This document shows, piece by piece, positions 19,859 through 30,290 of a DNA stretch of 64,000 nt. The notes under the pieces were generated by a model. That model had not been told where the DNA came from. It made no database searches and saw nothing but the letters and a program-made list of their open reading frames with translations. This stretch comes from an uncultured Gammaproteobacteria bacterium (GTDB lineage Bacteria; Pseudomonadota; Gammaproteobacteria; Eutrophobiales; Eutrophobiaceae). How positions within the stretch are numbered: position 1 is the first letter of the stretch; each line of letters starts with the position of its first letter. The stretch lies in NCBI GenBank assembly GCA_951812995.1, contig CATOTD010000003.1:331288-395287 (forward strand), given 5' to 3'. The translations under genes were made by a program, and so were the position numbers.

Positions 19859-21556
19859 TCACTCAGTTAAATATTGTTCTATCGCTTCAAGTGGTAGCGG
19901 TTGGAAGCGGGTTAATGGGGGCGGCACGGCGACACCTTGCCTTAATATCCCATGCACACGACTTAAGACGGCCGCGCCATACATAATATTCATTGCAACT
20001 GTTACAACATCACGCTGCTCGGTTGTCGCGAGGAAAGTGTTGCGGGTCCATTCATTGAATGCGCCCATAGCCGGGCCGCACCAAATCTGATAATCAATTT
20101 GTCTATCTTCGACACCTGCATTGGCCCAACGGGAAGACAGTCCAAGATACCAGCGAAAGATGAGTGCCATTTTATGTTTAGGATCATGATGCGCTTTTTC
20201 TATTTGTGCGGGATCATGTTCATTGAAAAACGCGAGCGTCTTTTGCCAAACATCTTGTAATGTCATTTTGAAAATAGTTTTTTCCAAATTAATTTTATCC
20301 GCGTCAGGCATAGCCTCAATGGAGGCATATTTTTTATAGAGTTCATACAGTTTGTTACCGCGCATGGCAAACATGGTGCCGCGTTTTAATACTTGTAACT
20401 TCACGCCCATTTCAAACATATCAACGGCGGGTGCCATGGTAATGTCGGCCGGTCCCGCATCTGCCAACATCGCTCTTACAATGCCCGATGATCCTGACTC
20501 CTTGCAGGCCTGATTAACCGTACCTGTCACAATATAGGCCGCTCCCATTGCAAATGCGCCTAATGCAGAAGCAGGCGTTGCAATACCGCCGGCCGCACCC
20601 ACACGCAATGGGCTTTGATAGTTGTACTGCATCTGATATTGATCGCGTAACGCCAACATCGTCGGTAATAATGTAAGTGCGGGGCGATTATCAGTATGCC
20701 CCCCCGAATCGGCTTCGACTGTTAGGTCTTGCGCCATAGGGATGTATTGCGCCAACTCAGCTTCTGTTTCAGAAATAGCACCTTGTGCTAATAATGCAGT
20801 CAATAATTTTTCAGGTGGTGGACTGAACCATTGACGCGCTAATTCTACGCGCGATGCCTTAGCAATGATTTTGTTTGGCGCAACAATATCACCTTGTGTA
20901 TCTCGATAGAGGCCTTTAACACGATAGCGTACTACCGGCAAGGTGAGTTTCATATAGGCCGATGTTTCGACAAGATTGATACCGTAGCGAAGATACAGAT
21001 CAACGATTGCCTCTTCACGACCTTTTTCACTCGGACTGTAAATAAGATTAAAACAATAGGGTTTGTCAGGCAGTGATGCTTGTAATCGTTGTATGGCCTG
21101 CTCTACTGCTGGCAACGTCAAACCAGCCGCACCAAACGATGCCAGCATATCCGCATTGGCTATCGCCGCAACTAATTCTGTCGAAGCAATGCCATTTGCC
21201 ATCGAACCCGTCATATACGGATACGTGATGCGGTGATCCATACAGAATTGCTTATTGCCTAATGCGCGCATTGTTTGTTTTGGAACAAACGCAAGACACT
21301 GATAGCGACCAACACCGTTGGCAGGGGCCGCAAAGTGTATCGATCCATCCACTGCGATCTTCACCCCAGTCTTGTCTTCAATCAACGAAAAAGGGGTATT
21401 AAGATGGTGTAGATGCGCTGGCAAATCGTCTAAATCTCGCAGTTCACTATTTTTGTCTGGTTGCCAATAACCGCCCTGATCAAACGGTGTGTCAGTATTG
21501 ATTACATTGATGGACGGTATAATGTTGGGAGTCGAACTCACGCTTATAAAACTCAC
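19859..21556 (-). CDS. pfaD: PfaD-like enoyl reductase (nitronate monooxygenase/2-nitropropane dioxygenase fold)
   Basis: 565 aa. It shows PfaD-type sequence throughout (..ITYPYMTGSMANGIAS.., ..VEADSGGHTDNRP.., ..AAGGIATP..). Its stop lies 4 bp upstream of the PfaA-like start. Confidence 0.85.
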   Translation of the reverse strand: MSFISVSSTPNIIPSINVINTDTPFDQGGYWQPDKNSELRDLDDLPAHLHHLNTPFSLIEDKTGVKIAVDGSIHFAAPANGVGRYQCLAFVPKQTMRALGNKQFCMDHRITYPYMTGSMANGIASTELVAAIANADMLASFGAAGLTLPAVEQAIQRLQASLPDKPYCFNLIYSPSEKGREEAIVDLYLRYGINLVETSAYMKLTLPVVRYRVKGLYRDTQGDIVAPNKIIAKASRVELARQWFSPPPEKLLTALLAQGAISETEAELAQYIPMAQDLTVEADSGGHTDNRPALTLLPTMLALRDQYQMQYNYQSPLRVGAAGGIATPASALGAFAMGAAYIVTGTVNQACKESGSSGIVRAMLADAGPADITMAPAVDMFEMGVKLQVLKRGTMFAMRGNKLYELYKKYASIEAMPDADKINLEKTIFKMTLQDVWQKTLAFFNEHDPAQIEKAHHDPKHKMALIFRWYLGLSSRWANAGVEDRQIDYQIWCGPAMGAFNEWTRNTFLATTEQRDVVTVAMNIMYGAAVLSRVHGILRQGVAVPPPLTRFQPLPLEAIEQYLTE

Positions 21557-21776
21557 TATATAATTAAAATATCAGGTCATTTTTTGTCGGGGGATATGCA
21601 ATAGATTGTTTGCATCTGATTAAATCAGCTTGTAATGTGTCCTCCCGAATCACTGAATTGTAGCATTTTTTCGTGATGAAACCCTGTCGCATCATGATCA
21701 TGGATGATTTCAATTGAATCGAACTGAGTCTGGATTTTACAATATAACAGCCCTGTTATTTTAGTTATAATAGCTA

Positions 21777-22853
21777 ATGAAATCGAAAACTGATTTTACC
21801 AGCGGGCTGGAAGATACAGCCTATCAAAATGAGATATTGCAACAGGTGTCGCGTACATTTGCGTTGACGATACCGCAATTACCAGAATCACTGCGCCAGA
21901 TCGTAAGCAATGCTTATCTCTTATGCCGCATTGCCGACACCATTGAGGATGATAAATCAATGGCGGCCGCACTAAAACGAGAATACGCCGAACGTTTTAT
22001 AGCCGTCGTCCAGGGTACTGACAATGCCGACCAGTTTGCCGAAGCGCTATTCCCCCTATTATCTCCCACCGCGACTGATGCTGAACATGACTTAATAGCC
22101 AACACCGCGCCTGTCATTCGCATCACACATAGTTTTAATGAACGTCAACGAGCCGCACTCGAAAGGTGCGTCTCGATCATGGCCGAGGGTATGGCGCGTT
22201 ATCAGGATGCCGAAACACTACGTGGTATGGCAGATCTGGACGACATGCAACAATATTGTTATTACGTGGCGGGGGTTGTTGGCGAGATGCTAACTGAACT
22301 GTTCTGTGATTATTGCCCAGAAATGGATGCCCAGCGTGACGCAATGATGCCTTTGGGCGTGTCATTTGGTCAGGGCTTGCAAATGACGAATATTTTAAAG
22401 GATATATGGGAAGATCATGAGCGGGGGGCTTGCTGGTTGCCAAGGGATATTTTTTATAAGCACGGTGTCGATATACAGTATAAGGTGCCGGGCGAAAATA
22501 AAGTCGGGTTTAATGCGGCTTTAACCGAATTAATCGGTGTCGCCCATGCGCATATAAGCAATGCCTTGTCTTACACTTTGCAGATCCCGGCCAAGGAAAG
22601 AGGTCTGCGGCGTTTTTGTTTATGGGCATTGGGTATGGCTGTCTTAACGCTTGATAAGATCCAAAAAAAACCAGATTTCACAACTGGACAGGATGTGAAA
22701 ATAAGCCGTCGTGATGTTAAGGCAACAATCTTTTTTACCAACCTGTTTGTCGGTAATGATTGGGCGCTAAAACGTCTATTTCGGTTCGTTGGACGGTGTT
22801 TGCCCATGGCCGACATTCATGAAAATCTATCAAGACATCAGAAACTTGCATGA
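21777..22853 (+). CDS. sqs: squalene synthase (squalene/phytoene synthase family)
   Basis: 358 aa with Asp-rich motifs (RIADTIEDD; YCYYVAGVVGEMLTELF; GQGLQMTNILKDIWED), similar to SQS-type enzymes. It sits immediately upstream of shc. Confidence 0.8.
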   Translation: MKSKTDFTSGLEDTAYQNEILQQVSRTFALTIPQLPESLRQIVSNAYLLCRIADTIEDDKSMAAALKREYAERFIAVVQGTDNADQFAEALFPLLSPTATDAEHDLIANTAPVIRITHSFNERQRAALERCVSIMAEGMARYQDAETLRGMADLDDMQQYCYYVAGVVGEMLTELFCDYCPEMDAQRDAMMPLGVSFGQGLQMTNILKDIWEDHERGACWLPRDIFYKHGVDIQYKVPGENKVGFNAALTELIGVAHAHISNALSYTLQIPAKERGLRRFCLWALGMAVLTLDKIQKKPDFTTGQDVKISRRDVKATIFFTNLFVGNDWALKRLFRFVGRCLPMADIHENLSRHQKLA

Positions 22854-22958
22854 CAATAAAAACTGATAATAACAAGGCCTGGCTGTCGCTGATAACTTGC
22901 ATAAATTATTATCATCGCCGCCATCTATTTTATACCGCTACATGAACAAGCAAACCTG

Positions 22959-24917
22959 ATGAATCTTGAAATACGAAACAACGGCATAACCAGTCATCCA
23001 TTGGATGAACGGCGCTCTCCTAAGCTGGCTATGCGTTTGGACGTAGCAATTCAAGCAGCGACAAGTCGATTACGCCAACAACAACACGATGACGGACATT
23101 GGGTCTATGAACTTGAGGCCGATTGCACCATCCCGGCAGAATATATCTTGATGAATCACTTCGTTGGTGAAATTGATGATGAAACCGAACTGAAGATTGC
23201 GCAATATTTACGCGAACAGCAAAATATGGAAGGTGGTTGGTCGCTTTATACGGGTGGTGATTTTGATCTTAGTTGTTCGGTCAAGGCCTATTACGCCTTA
23301 AAACTCACGGGCGATGATCCACACGAAGAGCACATGATTCGCGCAAAGAATATGATCCTGAATCATGGCGGGGCCGCACATGCGAATGTGTTTACACGGA
23401 TCACGATGGCCTTGTTTGGGCAGGTACCCTGGCGTGCAGTCCCCTTCATCCCGGCAGAAGTGATTATTTTACCAAAGTGGTTTCCATTTCATATTGACAA
23501 GGTATCTTATTGGTCGCGAACGGTCATGGTCCCGCTGTTTGTTTTATGCACTATGAAACCGTTGGCAGTGAACGCTCGTGGGATTGATATTAGAGAGTTA
23601 TTTATTACGCCGCCCGAAGATGAACAACATTATTTTAAGGTTACAACACCACTTAACAGAGCCTTCCTGCTGCTGGATAATTGTGGTCGTTTAGCAGAAA
23701 AACTCGTACCGGAATTTGTGCGCCAATACTCAATTCGTAAATGTGAGCAATGGTTTCTGGCACGCATGAATGGCGAACATGGTATCGGCGGGATTTTCCC
23801 GGCGATGGTTAATGTGTTTGAGTCTATGGTCGTTCTGGGTTACGCGAAAGCACATCCAGCCCGTAAGCTCGCCCGACAAGCGATTGATGCATTAGTAACA
23901 AAACGCGGTGATAGCATGTATGTCCAGCCTTGTGTATCGCCAGTCTGGGATACCTGCTTGGCGAGTCAGGCAATGATCGAAGCACAAACTGAAAACGACC
24001 TCACACCCGCGATAGAGCGCGCCCTTGACTGGTTAAAAGATCGACAACTCAGCGATGAACCTGGCGACTGGCGCATAGCAAGGCCACGCCTTGCCGGTGG
24101 GGGCTGGGCCTTTCAGTACAGTAATTATTTTTATCCCGATCTTGATGACACCTCAATGGTGGCCTGGGCAATGCATCGTACGGGTAATGAAAAATATGCC
24201 GAATCGATTCAACGTGCTGCGATTTGGGTAGCGGGTATGCAATCCAATGGCGGTGGCTTTGGATCATTTGAAGTCAATAATACCCAGTATTATCTCAACG
24301 CCATTCCATTTGCCGATCATGGTGCCTTACTTGACCCACCAACAGCGGATGTCACAGGTCGCGTAATAGCATTGCTATCGCTGGCTGATAAAGAAAAATA
24401 TGCAGGCTGTATCCAGGCCGCGATCAAGTTTTTAAAAACAGATCAGGAAGCAGATGGATCCTGGTTTGGTCGTTGGGGAACAAACTATATTTACGGTACC
24501 TGGTCTGTTCTGACCGCACTTGAAATAGCAGCAGAAGATCCAACACAGGACTACATCAGAAAAGCCGTTACATATTTGCAAAAGATGCAAAACAAAGATG
24601 GCGGTTGGGGTGAAAGTAATGACAGTTATTACCCACCAAAACATTACCGACCCTATAAAAGCACCGCCTTTCAAACGGCATGGGCATTACTTTCATTATT
24701 AGCCGTCGGCGAAGCTGGCACAGAAACCGTCAGGCGCGGCATTGACTACTTAATAGCGAATCAAGCAGTGGATGGTCATTGGTACGATGACAGTTATACC
24801 GCACCTGGATTTCCGCGCGTGTTCTATTTGAAATACCATGGTTATACCAAGTATTTCCCGCTTTGGGCACTGGCACGCTACCGCAATATCATCCAAGATA
24901 AATCTTGCGTAGCTTAG
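22959..24917 (+). CDS. shc: squalene-hopene cyclase
   Basis: 652 aa with repeated QW motifs (..QQHDDGHW.., ..QNMEGGW.., ..QNKDGGWGE.., ..QAVDGHW..) and the catalytic DxDDT motif (YPDLDDTSMV). Confidence 0.92.
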   Translation: MNLEIRNNGITSHPLDERRSPKLAMRLDVAIQAATSRLRQQQHDDGHWVYELEADCTIPAEYILMNHFVGEIDDETELKIAQYLREQQNMEGGWSLYTGGDFDLSCSVKAYYALKLTGDDPHEEHMIRAKNMILNHGGAAHANVFTRITMALFGQVPWRAVPFIPAEVIILPKWFPFHIDKVSYWSRTVMVPLFVLCTMKPLAVNARGIDIRELFITPPEDEQHYFKVTTPLNRAFLLLDNCGRLAEKLVPEFVRQYSIRKCEQWFLARMNGEHGIGGIFPAMVNVFESMVVLGYAKAHPARKLARQAIDALVTKRGDSMYVQPCVSPVWDTCLASQAMIEAQTENDLTPAIERALDWLKDRQLSDEPGDWRIARPRLAGGGWAFQYSNYFYPDLDDTSMVAWAMHRTGNEKYAESIQRAAIWVAGMQSNGGGFGSFEVNNTQYYLNAIPFADHGALLDPPTADVTGRVIALLSLADKEKYAGCIQAAIKFLKTDQEADGSWFGRWGTNYIYGTWSVLTALEIAAEDPTQDYIRKAVTYLQKMQNKDGGWGESNDSYYPPKHYRPYKSTAFQTAWALLSLLAVGEAGTETVRRGIDYLIANQAVDGHWYDDSYTAPGFPRVFYLKYHGYTKYFPLWALARYRNIIQDKSCVA

Positions 24918-25633
24918 GCATCATTGCCGCTTTGCCGACTGAGGCAAAGTGTTTGTATAGTAAAAAATTAAAAGTTGGGCGGCCTGTCGAAATACAAAAA
25001 GGACTCTTTTTATGTCTTTCTGGTATGGGTCATGAGCGTGCCATTATCGCCGCAAATAAATTACTCGCTTTAAGGGTAGATGGCGTGATTAGCTGGGGTG
25101 TCGCGGGTGCGATTGAACCAACGATAAATGCAGGCGATTTGATTCTCGCAAGCGCGATTATCAAGCAAGATAGCCGCTATACGACTACAAGTCAGTGGCA
25201 TGACTGGGTCTTTGAATACTTACAACAATCCTCTGCAAACCTCATCAACGGTGACATCGTATCAAGTAAAGAGGCTTGCGCCTCAACGGCAGATAAAAAA
25301 AAATTGTTCGATGCAACAGGTGCCCTGGCAGTTGATATGGAAAGTGCCGCTATTGCAGAGATAGCAATGAAAAATAATCTCGACTTTCTTGTGCTCCGTG
25401 CCATCGCAGACAACGCCCATACCCACATACCAGAGGCCGTACTAAATCATACAAATTATCTTGGCCAGCCAGCAATTTTTAATTTTACGTTATCCTGTCT
25501 GTTAAAGACGACTCAGATACGGGAAATCCTGATATTGGCAAAAGCCTACAGGAAAGGGTTGGCATCATTATCGCGCATCGCCCCAGGCTTAAAAAACCAG
25601 CATTTTTTCTATTCTGACGATTCATTGCCATAG
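24905..25633 (+). CDS. hpnG: hopanoid-associated phosphorylase/nucleosidase (HpnG-like, PNP/UDP family)
   Basis: 242 aa of MTA/SAH-nucleosidase-like sequence (GIIAALPTEA.., ..GVAGAI.., ..AVDMESAAIAE..). It overlaps the shc stop. The start codon is uncertain (non-ATG in the ORF track). Confidence 0.65.
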   Translation: MRSLGIIAALPTEAKCLYSKKLKVGRPVEIQKGLFLCLSGMGHERAIIAANKLLALRVDGVISWGVAGAIEPTINAGDLILASAIIKQDSRYTTTSQWHDWVFEYLQQSSANLINGDIVSSKEACASTADKKKLFDATGALAVDMESAAIAEIAMKNNLDFLVLRAIADNAHTHIPEAVLNHTNYLGQPAIFNFTLSCLLKTTQIREILILAKAYRKGLASLSRIAPGLKNQHFFYSDDSLP

Positions 25634-25707
25634 CTACTTGAATTGGCTACTTGCTATGGATGACTAATCTGTTTTACAGATCCCGCATTACTAATAAAAT
25701 ATTAAAA

Positions 25708-26454
25708 ATGAGAATCAGTAACGCACAAATTGAAACATTCAAAGCCACAGGCTTTCTTATTATCCGTAACTTATATGGTTTGCAACAGATGCAGGCAATG
25801 ACTGCATGGACTGAAACAGTCGCCAATTACCCCGAGATACCTGGGAAATATATGATGTATTTTGAACAAAGCAAATTGGATCCTGATAAACGTATATTGT
25901 CACGGGTAGAAAATATTGAGCCATTTCACCAGGGCTTTAGTGCTCTATTTTTAGGCGGTGAGATACAACGAATCGCATCACAATTATTCGATGATGAGGC
26001 CGTTTTGTTTAAAGACAAAATAAATTTCAAGATGTCTGGCGGTGGTGGCTTCAGGGCGCATCAGGATGTGCAGGCCGGTTGGAATCGTTATGCCAAATTA
26101 CATATCACTGCTCTTGTTAGTATTGATGCTGCTACCATTGACAATGGTTGTCTGGAAATAGCCAGTGCTTGTCACAATAAAGGTTTAATCGGCGAAGCAT
26201 GGAAACCTCTCGCAGAGGATGCGCTTGATTATACATCACTTACAACTGATTCAGGCGATGCTGTTTTTTTTGATTCATTTACACCGCATCGTTCAAAACC
26301 GAATTTAACAAACAAAAAACGCCGGGCGCTTTATGTGACATACAATGCCGCGGTTGAAGGAGATCATCGTAGGCAATATTATGCTGACAAACGCCTTGGT
26401 TACCCACCTGATATTGAACGTGAGGCCAATAAGGAATATGTGTTTAGAGTTTGA
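25708..26454 (+). CDS. phytanoyl-CoA dioxygenase (PhyH) family Fe(II)/2OG oxygenase
   Basis: PhyH-like N-terminus (MRISNAQIETFKATGFLIIRNL) and an HxD...H triad context (RAHQDVQ.., ..FFDSFTPHRS). The ORF is open from 25651. ATG at 25708 was chosen as the start. Confidence 0.65.
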   Translation: MRISNAQIETFKATGFLIIRNLYGLQQMQAMTAWTETVANYPEIPGKYMMYFEQSKLDPDKRILSRVENIEPFHQGFSALFLGGEIQRIASQLFDDEAVLFKDKINFKMSGGGGFRAHQDVQAGWNRYAKLHITALVSIDAATIDNGCLEIASACHNKGLIGEAWKPLAEDALDYTSLTTDSGDAVFFDSFTPHRSKPNLTNKKRRALYVTYNAAVEGDHRRQYYADKRLGYPPDIEREANKEYVFRV

Positions 26455-26502
26455 TGTTTCCGAACAAGCTATTTTTAGCTGGCCAACATTGAATAAATCA
26501 TT

Positions 26503-29118
26503 ATGAACCAAACGCATACATCAACATCCGAGCGTCTGATTCGATCCTGGCTACGCTTTATTGAACAATACCGGCTAGCAATAATCATCAGTATGATTGC
26601 GCTTACGGCAGCGTCCGTCTTGTATATCAAAGATAATCTGGAAATGAGTACCAGTACGGCAGACATGCTGTCGCAAGAATTGCACTGGCGACAACTCGAC
26701 ATCAAATACGAAAAACTATTTCCACAATTCTCCAACAATATCCTTGTTGTCATTGAAGCAAAGACACCAGATCAGGCAAGCGACACAGCAGCAGCATTAC
26801 ATGCTGTATTGAAACAAGATTTAAAATTCTTAAACGATATTTATTATCCTGCGCACCTGCCCTATTTTCGCCAGTCTGCTTTTTTATTTCTCGATCTTGA
26901 TGAATTGCAAGATCTGTCTGATCAACTGGCAACAATCCAGCCTTTTTTAGGCACCCTGATCGAGGATCAAAATCTGCGTGGTTTGTTTAATATGTTGGGG
27001 GATGCCATTCAAGCCAAGCAAGCGGGTGAAGACATTGATATAAAACCGTTACTGCTGGAGATAAATATTGCGCTTGAAGATAGACAACACCAAGTCTCCT
27101 GGCAACGCTTGCTGGATCCCAATAGCGCAGTGCAAGATATTTATCGAGAATTTATCACCTTGCAAACTAAAGATAGTAGCGAATCACGACTCTCTGATGA
27201 AGCTATCATTGCGCATGTGCGGGCCAGCATAGATAAAATGGGTATCCATGATGACGCTGCAATCAAGATCAGGTTGACTGGTGGCACCGTACTCTCTTAT
27301 GAAGAATTAAAGAGTGTCTCCAATGCGAATATTCAAGCCATCGTAGTATCTCTGATACTCGTTACAATTATTCTATCAGTCGGGTTGGGATCGGTGTGGC
27401 TGGTGTCTGCATGTTTAATAACGTTGCTATGTGGGCTAATCGCGACCACTGCTTTTGCAACGGCTACAATTGGCGAATTAAATCTTATCTCGGTCGCTTT
27501 TGCGGTGCTCTATATAGGCCTCGGGATTGATTTTGCCATTCATTTATTATTACGTTTTCGAGAAGAAAAAAAGACGACAACAGACCATAGCCATGCCTTG
27601 CAACAGGCGACAGCACGTGTTTTTAAGTCATTAATCCTATGTGCGGCCACAACATCCATTGGATTTTATTCTTTTATGCCGACTGATTATTCAGGCGTAG
27701 CGGAATTAGGCTGGATTGCCGGTAGCGGTATGTTTATAAGTTTGTTTTTCACGCTTACATTATTGCCCGCGTGCCTGAGCTTTATCAAGACCGTGCCAGG
27801 GAAAAACCACCAGAACATTCACATACATGCATGGTTGAAGATACTGATCAACATTCCATACAACTATACAAAATCAATTCTGTTGGTTACGTTAATCATT
27901 GTAATTAGCCTTGGTTTTCAATTTAACAAGATCAGCTTTGACACAAACACATTAAACCTCCAAGACCCTGAAAATGAATCGGTACAGACCTATCGTGACT
28001 TATTAAAAGACAGCAAGACCTCTCCTTGGAGTGGTATTTTGCTCAAAGAGGATAGGGGTACACTGACCAAGACTAAAGCAGATATTGAATCGCTGACATT
28101 AGTTGACGAGGTCATTTGGCTACTTGATTTCATACCCGTTGAACAAGAGGATAAATTATTTATCATTGATGAGATGAACTTATTGTTAGGCGCATTAACG
28201 CCGCCAGAATCAACAACAGCGATCACGCATGAGGAACGTCTACAGGCAATCCAGCAATTAAGCAACACGTTGGCATCGGTATCAGCAGCAGGGTTTCTGG
28301 ACGATGATTTGCGTTTATTAAAACATAGTCTGGTTGCTTTAAAGTCGCGATTGGACGCACCTTCAGCCAGAGGACAACTGTCTCAATTAGAACAACAATT
28401 ACTGCATAGTTTTGCCGGCAGGATGCGCCGCTTGTCGGACGCATTAGCTGCTGAAACAGTCGTATTAGAAGATATCCCGGCAGCAGTGCATGATCGCTGG
28501 GTCAGTAGTGGTTATTACAAAATGAAAATATTGCCGACAGAAGATCTTAATAACAATGAAAATATGAAAGATTTTGTGCGCCAGTTACAGACGTATGACA
28601 ATAACGTCATCGGTTCACCGATTATCAGTATTGAGGCCGGCGCAGCAGTCATGACCGCATTTAAAACGGCTTTTACGTACGCCATTATCGCCATTGCAAT
28701 ATTGCTGTTTATAAAAATAAAAACGGATGCCATCATCATTCTGGCATCGCTGTTTATTGGTGGCATATTTACCTTTGGCTTTATGTTGTGGTTAAACATT
28801 CCCCTTAATTTTGCCAATATAATTGGCTTGCCATTATTGCTGGGTATTGGTGTTGATAGTGGTATCCATATTGCTGATCGGTTTCGTCAAGAACATGAAT
28901 CCGGCAGAAATATTTTTATGACCAGCGCGGCTCGTGGCGTTATAGTCAGTTCACTAACCACCATTTGCAGTATCGGGAATCTAGCATTTTCGTCACATCA
29001 AGGTACGGCCAGCATGGGCTTACTATTGGTGCTAGGGCTTGTCTCAATGATGATTTCCACGATGGTCGTACTGCCGGCATTTTTAATATGGCAACAATCA
29101 TTAAACGCCAAACCATAA
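26503..29118 (+). CDS. hpnN: HpnN-like RND/MMPL-family hopanoid transporter
   Basis: 871 aa with two 6-helix bundles separated by large soluble loops, i.e. RND/MMPL topology. It lies in hopanoid-cluster context between hpnG and hpnA. Confidence 0.75.
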   Translation: MNQTHTSTSERLIRSWLRFIEQYRLAIIISMIALTAASVLYIKDNLEMSTSTADMLSQELHWRQLDIKYEKLFPQFSNNILVVIEAKTPDQASDTAAALHAVLKQDLKFLNDIYYPAHLPYFRQSAFLFLDLDELQDLSDQLATIQPFLGTLIEDQNLRGLFNMLGDAIQAKQAGEDIDIKPLLLEINIALEDRQHQVSWQRLLDPNSAVQDIYREFITLQTKDSSESRLSDEAIIAHVRASIDKMGIHDDAAIKIRLTGGTVLSYEELKSVSNANIQAIVVSLILVTIILSVGLGSVWLVSACLITLLCGLIATTAFATATIGELNLISVAFAVLYIGLGIDFAIHLLLRFREEKKTTTDHSHALQQATARVFKSLILCAATTSIGFYSFMPTDYSGVAELGWIAGSGMFISLFFTLTLLPACLSFIKTVPGKNHQNIHIHAWLKILINIPYNYTKSILLVTLIIVISLGFQFNKISFDTNTLNLQDPENESVQTYRDLLKDSKTSPWSGILLKEDRGTLTKTKADIESLTLVDEVIWLLDFIPVEQEDKLFIIDEMNLLLGALTPPESTTAITHEERLQAIQQLSNTLASVSAAGFLDDDLRLLKHSLVALKSRLDAPSARGQLSQLEQQLLHSFAGRMRRLSDALAAETVVLEDIPAAVHDRWVSSGYYKMKILPTEDLNNNENMKDFVRQLQTYDNNVIGSPIISIEAGAAVMTAFKTAFTYAIIAIAILLFIKIKTDAIIILASLFIGGIFTFGFMLWLNIPLNFANIIGLPLLLGIGVDSGIHIADRFRQEHESGRNIFMTSAARGVIVSSLTTICSIGNLAFSSHQGTASMGLLLVLGLVSMMISTMVVLPAFLIWQQSLNAKP

Positions 29119-29157
29119 ATAACATAAACGATCCGCTTGTAAGATAATATCTATGGT

Positions 29158-30144
29158 ATGAAAACATTAGTCACGGGTGCGAATGGTTTTGTGGGTTCAG
29201 CCGTATTACGACTGCTGATTGATAATGCGCATGATGTACGTGCCTTGGTAAGATCTGGTTCCAACAGACGCAATTTTGTCGGCCTGGATATTGATATTTT
29301 TGAAGGCGATCTAAGAAATACTGATTCCTTGAAACAGGCTGTAACCGGTTGCAATATTGTATTTCATATTGCCGCCGATTATCGTTTATGGTCGCCCGAC
29401 CCAGACGAGATGTATAAAACGAATGTCGATGGCACACGAAACTTGATCATGGCCGCCACCCAAACTGGCGTTGAAAAAATTGTCTATACCAGCAGCGTCT
29501 CAACGTTAGGCATTAATAAAGACGGCACACCATCTAACGAAACAACACCTGTCGCGCTTGCAGATATGATTGGGCATTACAAACGTTCAAAATATCTGGC
29601 TGAACAAGCCGTCAACAAGCTGGTGCAGGAGCGAGCCAGTCCGGTCGTCATTGTTAATCCGTCAACGCCAGTCGGCCCGCGCGACATTAAACCAACGCCG
29701 ACCGGCAGAATAGTACTTGACACCATTCGTCATCGTATGCCGGCCTATGTCGATACGGGTCTGAATATTGTACATGTCGATGATGTCGCAAAGGGGCATT
29801 TGCTTGCACTGGAAAAAGGGGTGATTGGCGAGCGTTATATTTTGGGTGGTGACAACATGTCATTTGCGAATATTTTAGAAACAATTTGCATCAATCAAGG
29901 CATAACGCCACCTGCTATTCGATTGCCTCATAATGTGGTTTTGCCGATTGCATGGGTTATGGAACGCATCGCCCGCATTACCCATAAAGAACCACGGGCG
30001 ACTGTAGAGGGTGTAAGGATGTCTAAGCATATCATGTTCTACAGTAGCGAAAAGGCGATGAAAAACTTGGGTTACCAAGCAAGACCCGGTACCGAGGGTC
30101 TGAATGATGCGGTTGATTGGTTTAATGCGGAAAACTATACATGA
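29158..30144 (+). CDS. hpnA: HpnA-like NAD-dependent epimerase/dehydratase (hopanoid-associated sugar epimerase)
   Basis: 328 aa with a Rossmann motif (VTGANGFVGSAV) and the SDR YxxxK motif (YKRSK). Confidence 0.75.
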   Translation: MKTLVTGANGFVGSAVLRLLIDNAHDVRALVRSGSNRRNFVGLDIDIFEGDLRNTDSLKQAVTGCNIVFHIAADYRLWSPDPDEMYKTNVDGTRNLIMAATQTGVEKIVYTSSVSTLGINKDGTPSNETTPVALADMIGHYKRSKYLAEQAVNKLVQERASPVVIVNPSTPVGPRDIKPTPTGRIVLDTIRHRMPAYVDTGLNIVHVDDVAKGHLLALEKGVIGERYILGGDNMSFANILETICINQGITPPAIRLPHNVVLPIAWVMERIARITHKEPRATVEGVRMSKHIMFYSSEKAMKNLGYQARPGTEGLNDAVDWFNAENYT

Positions 30145-30290
30145 TCGTTTATATATAAAAGGGAATTATATATTTGACTCCAACTTCACTACAAAATACA
30201 AACACAATGATTTGTTAGTTTTTTCAAGTAACAAGCTCACCATGCTCACCTGTTACCTTATGCAATTTTTCAATTGCACTCCATTTTGGG

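Noticed and set aside
6827-21076. Numerous 60-122-aa plus-strand ORFs inside the pfa-like genes.
   Set aside because: All are antisense to long, motif-rich multidomain ORFs and have no recognisable motifs. They are typical shadow ORFs.
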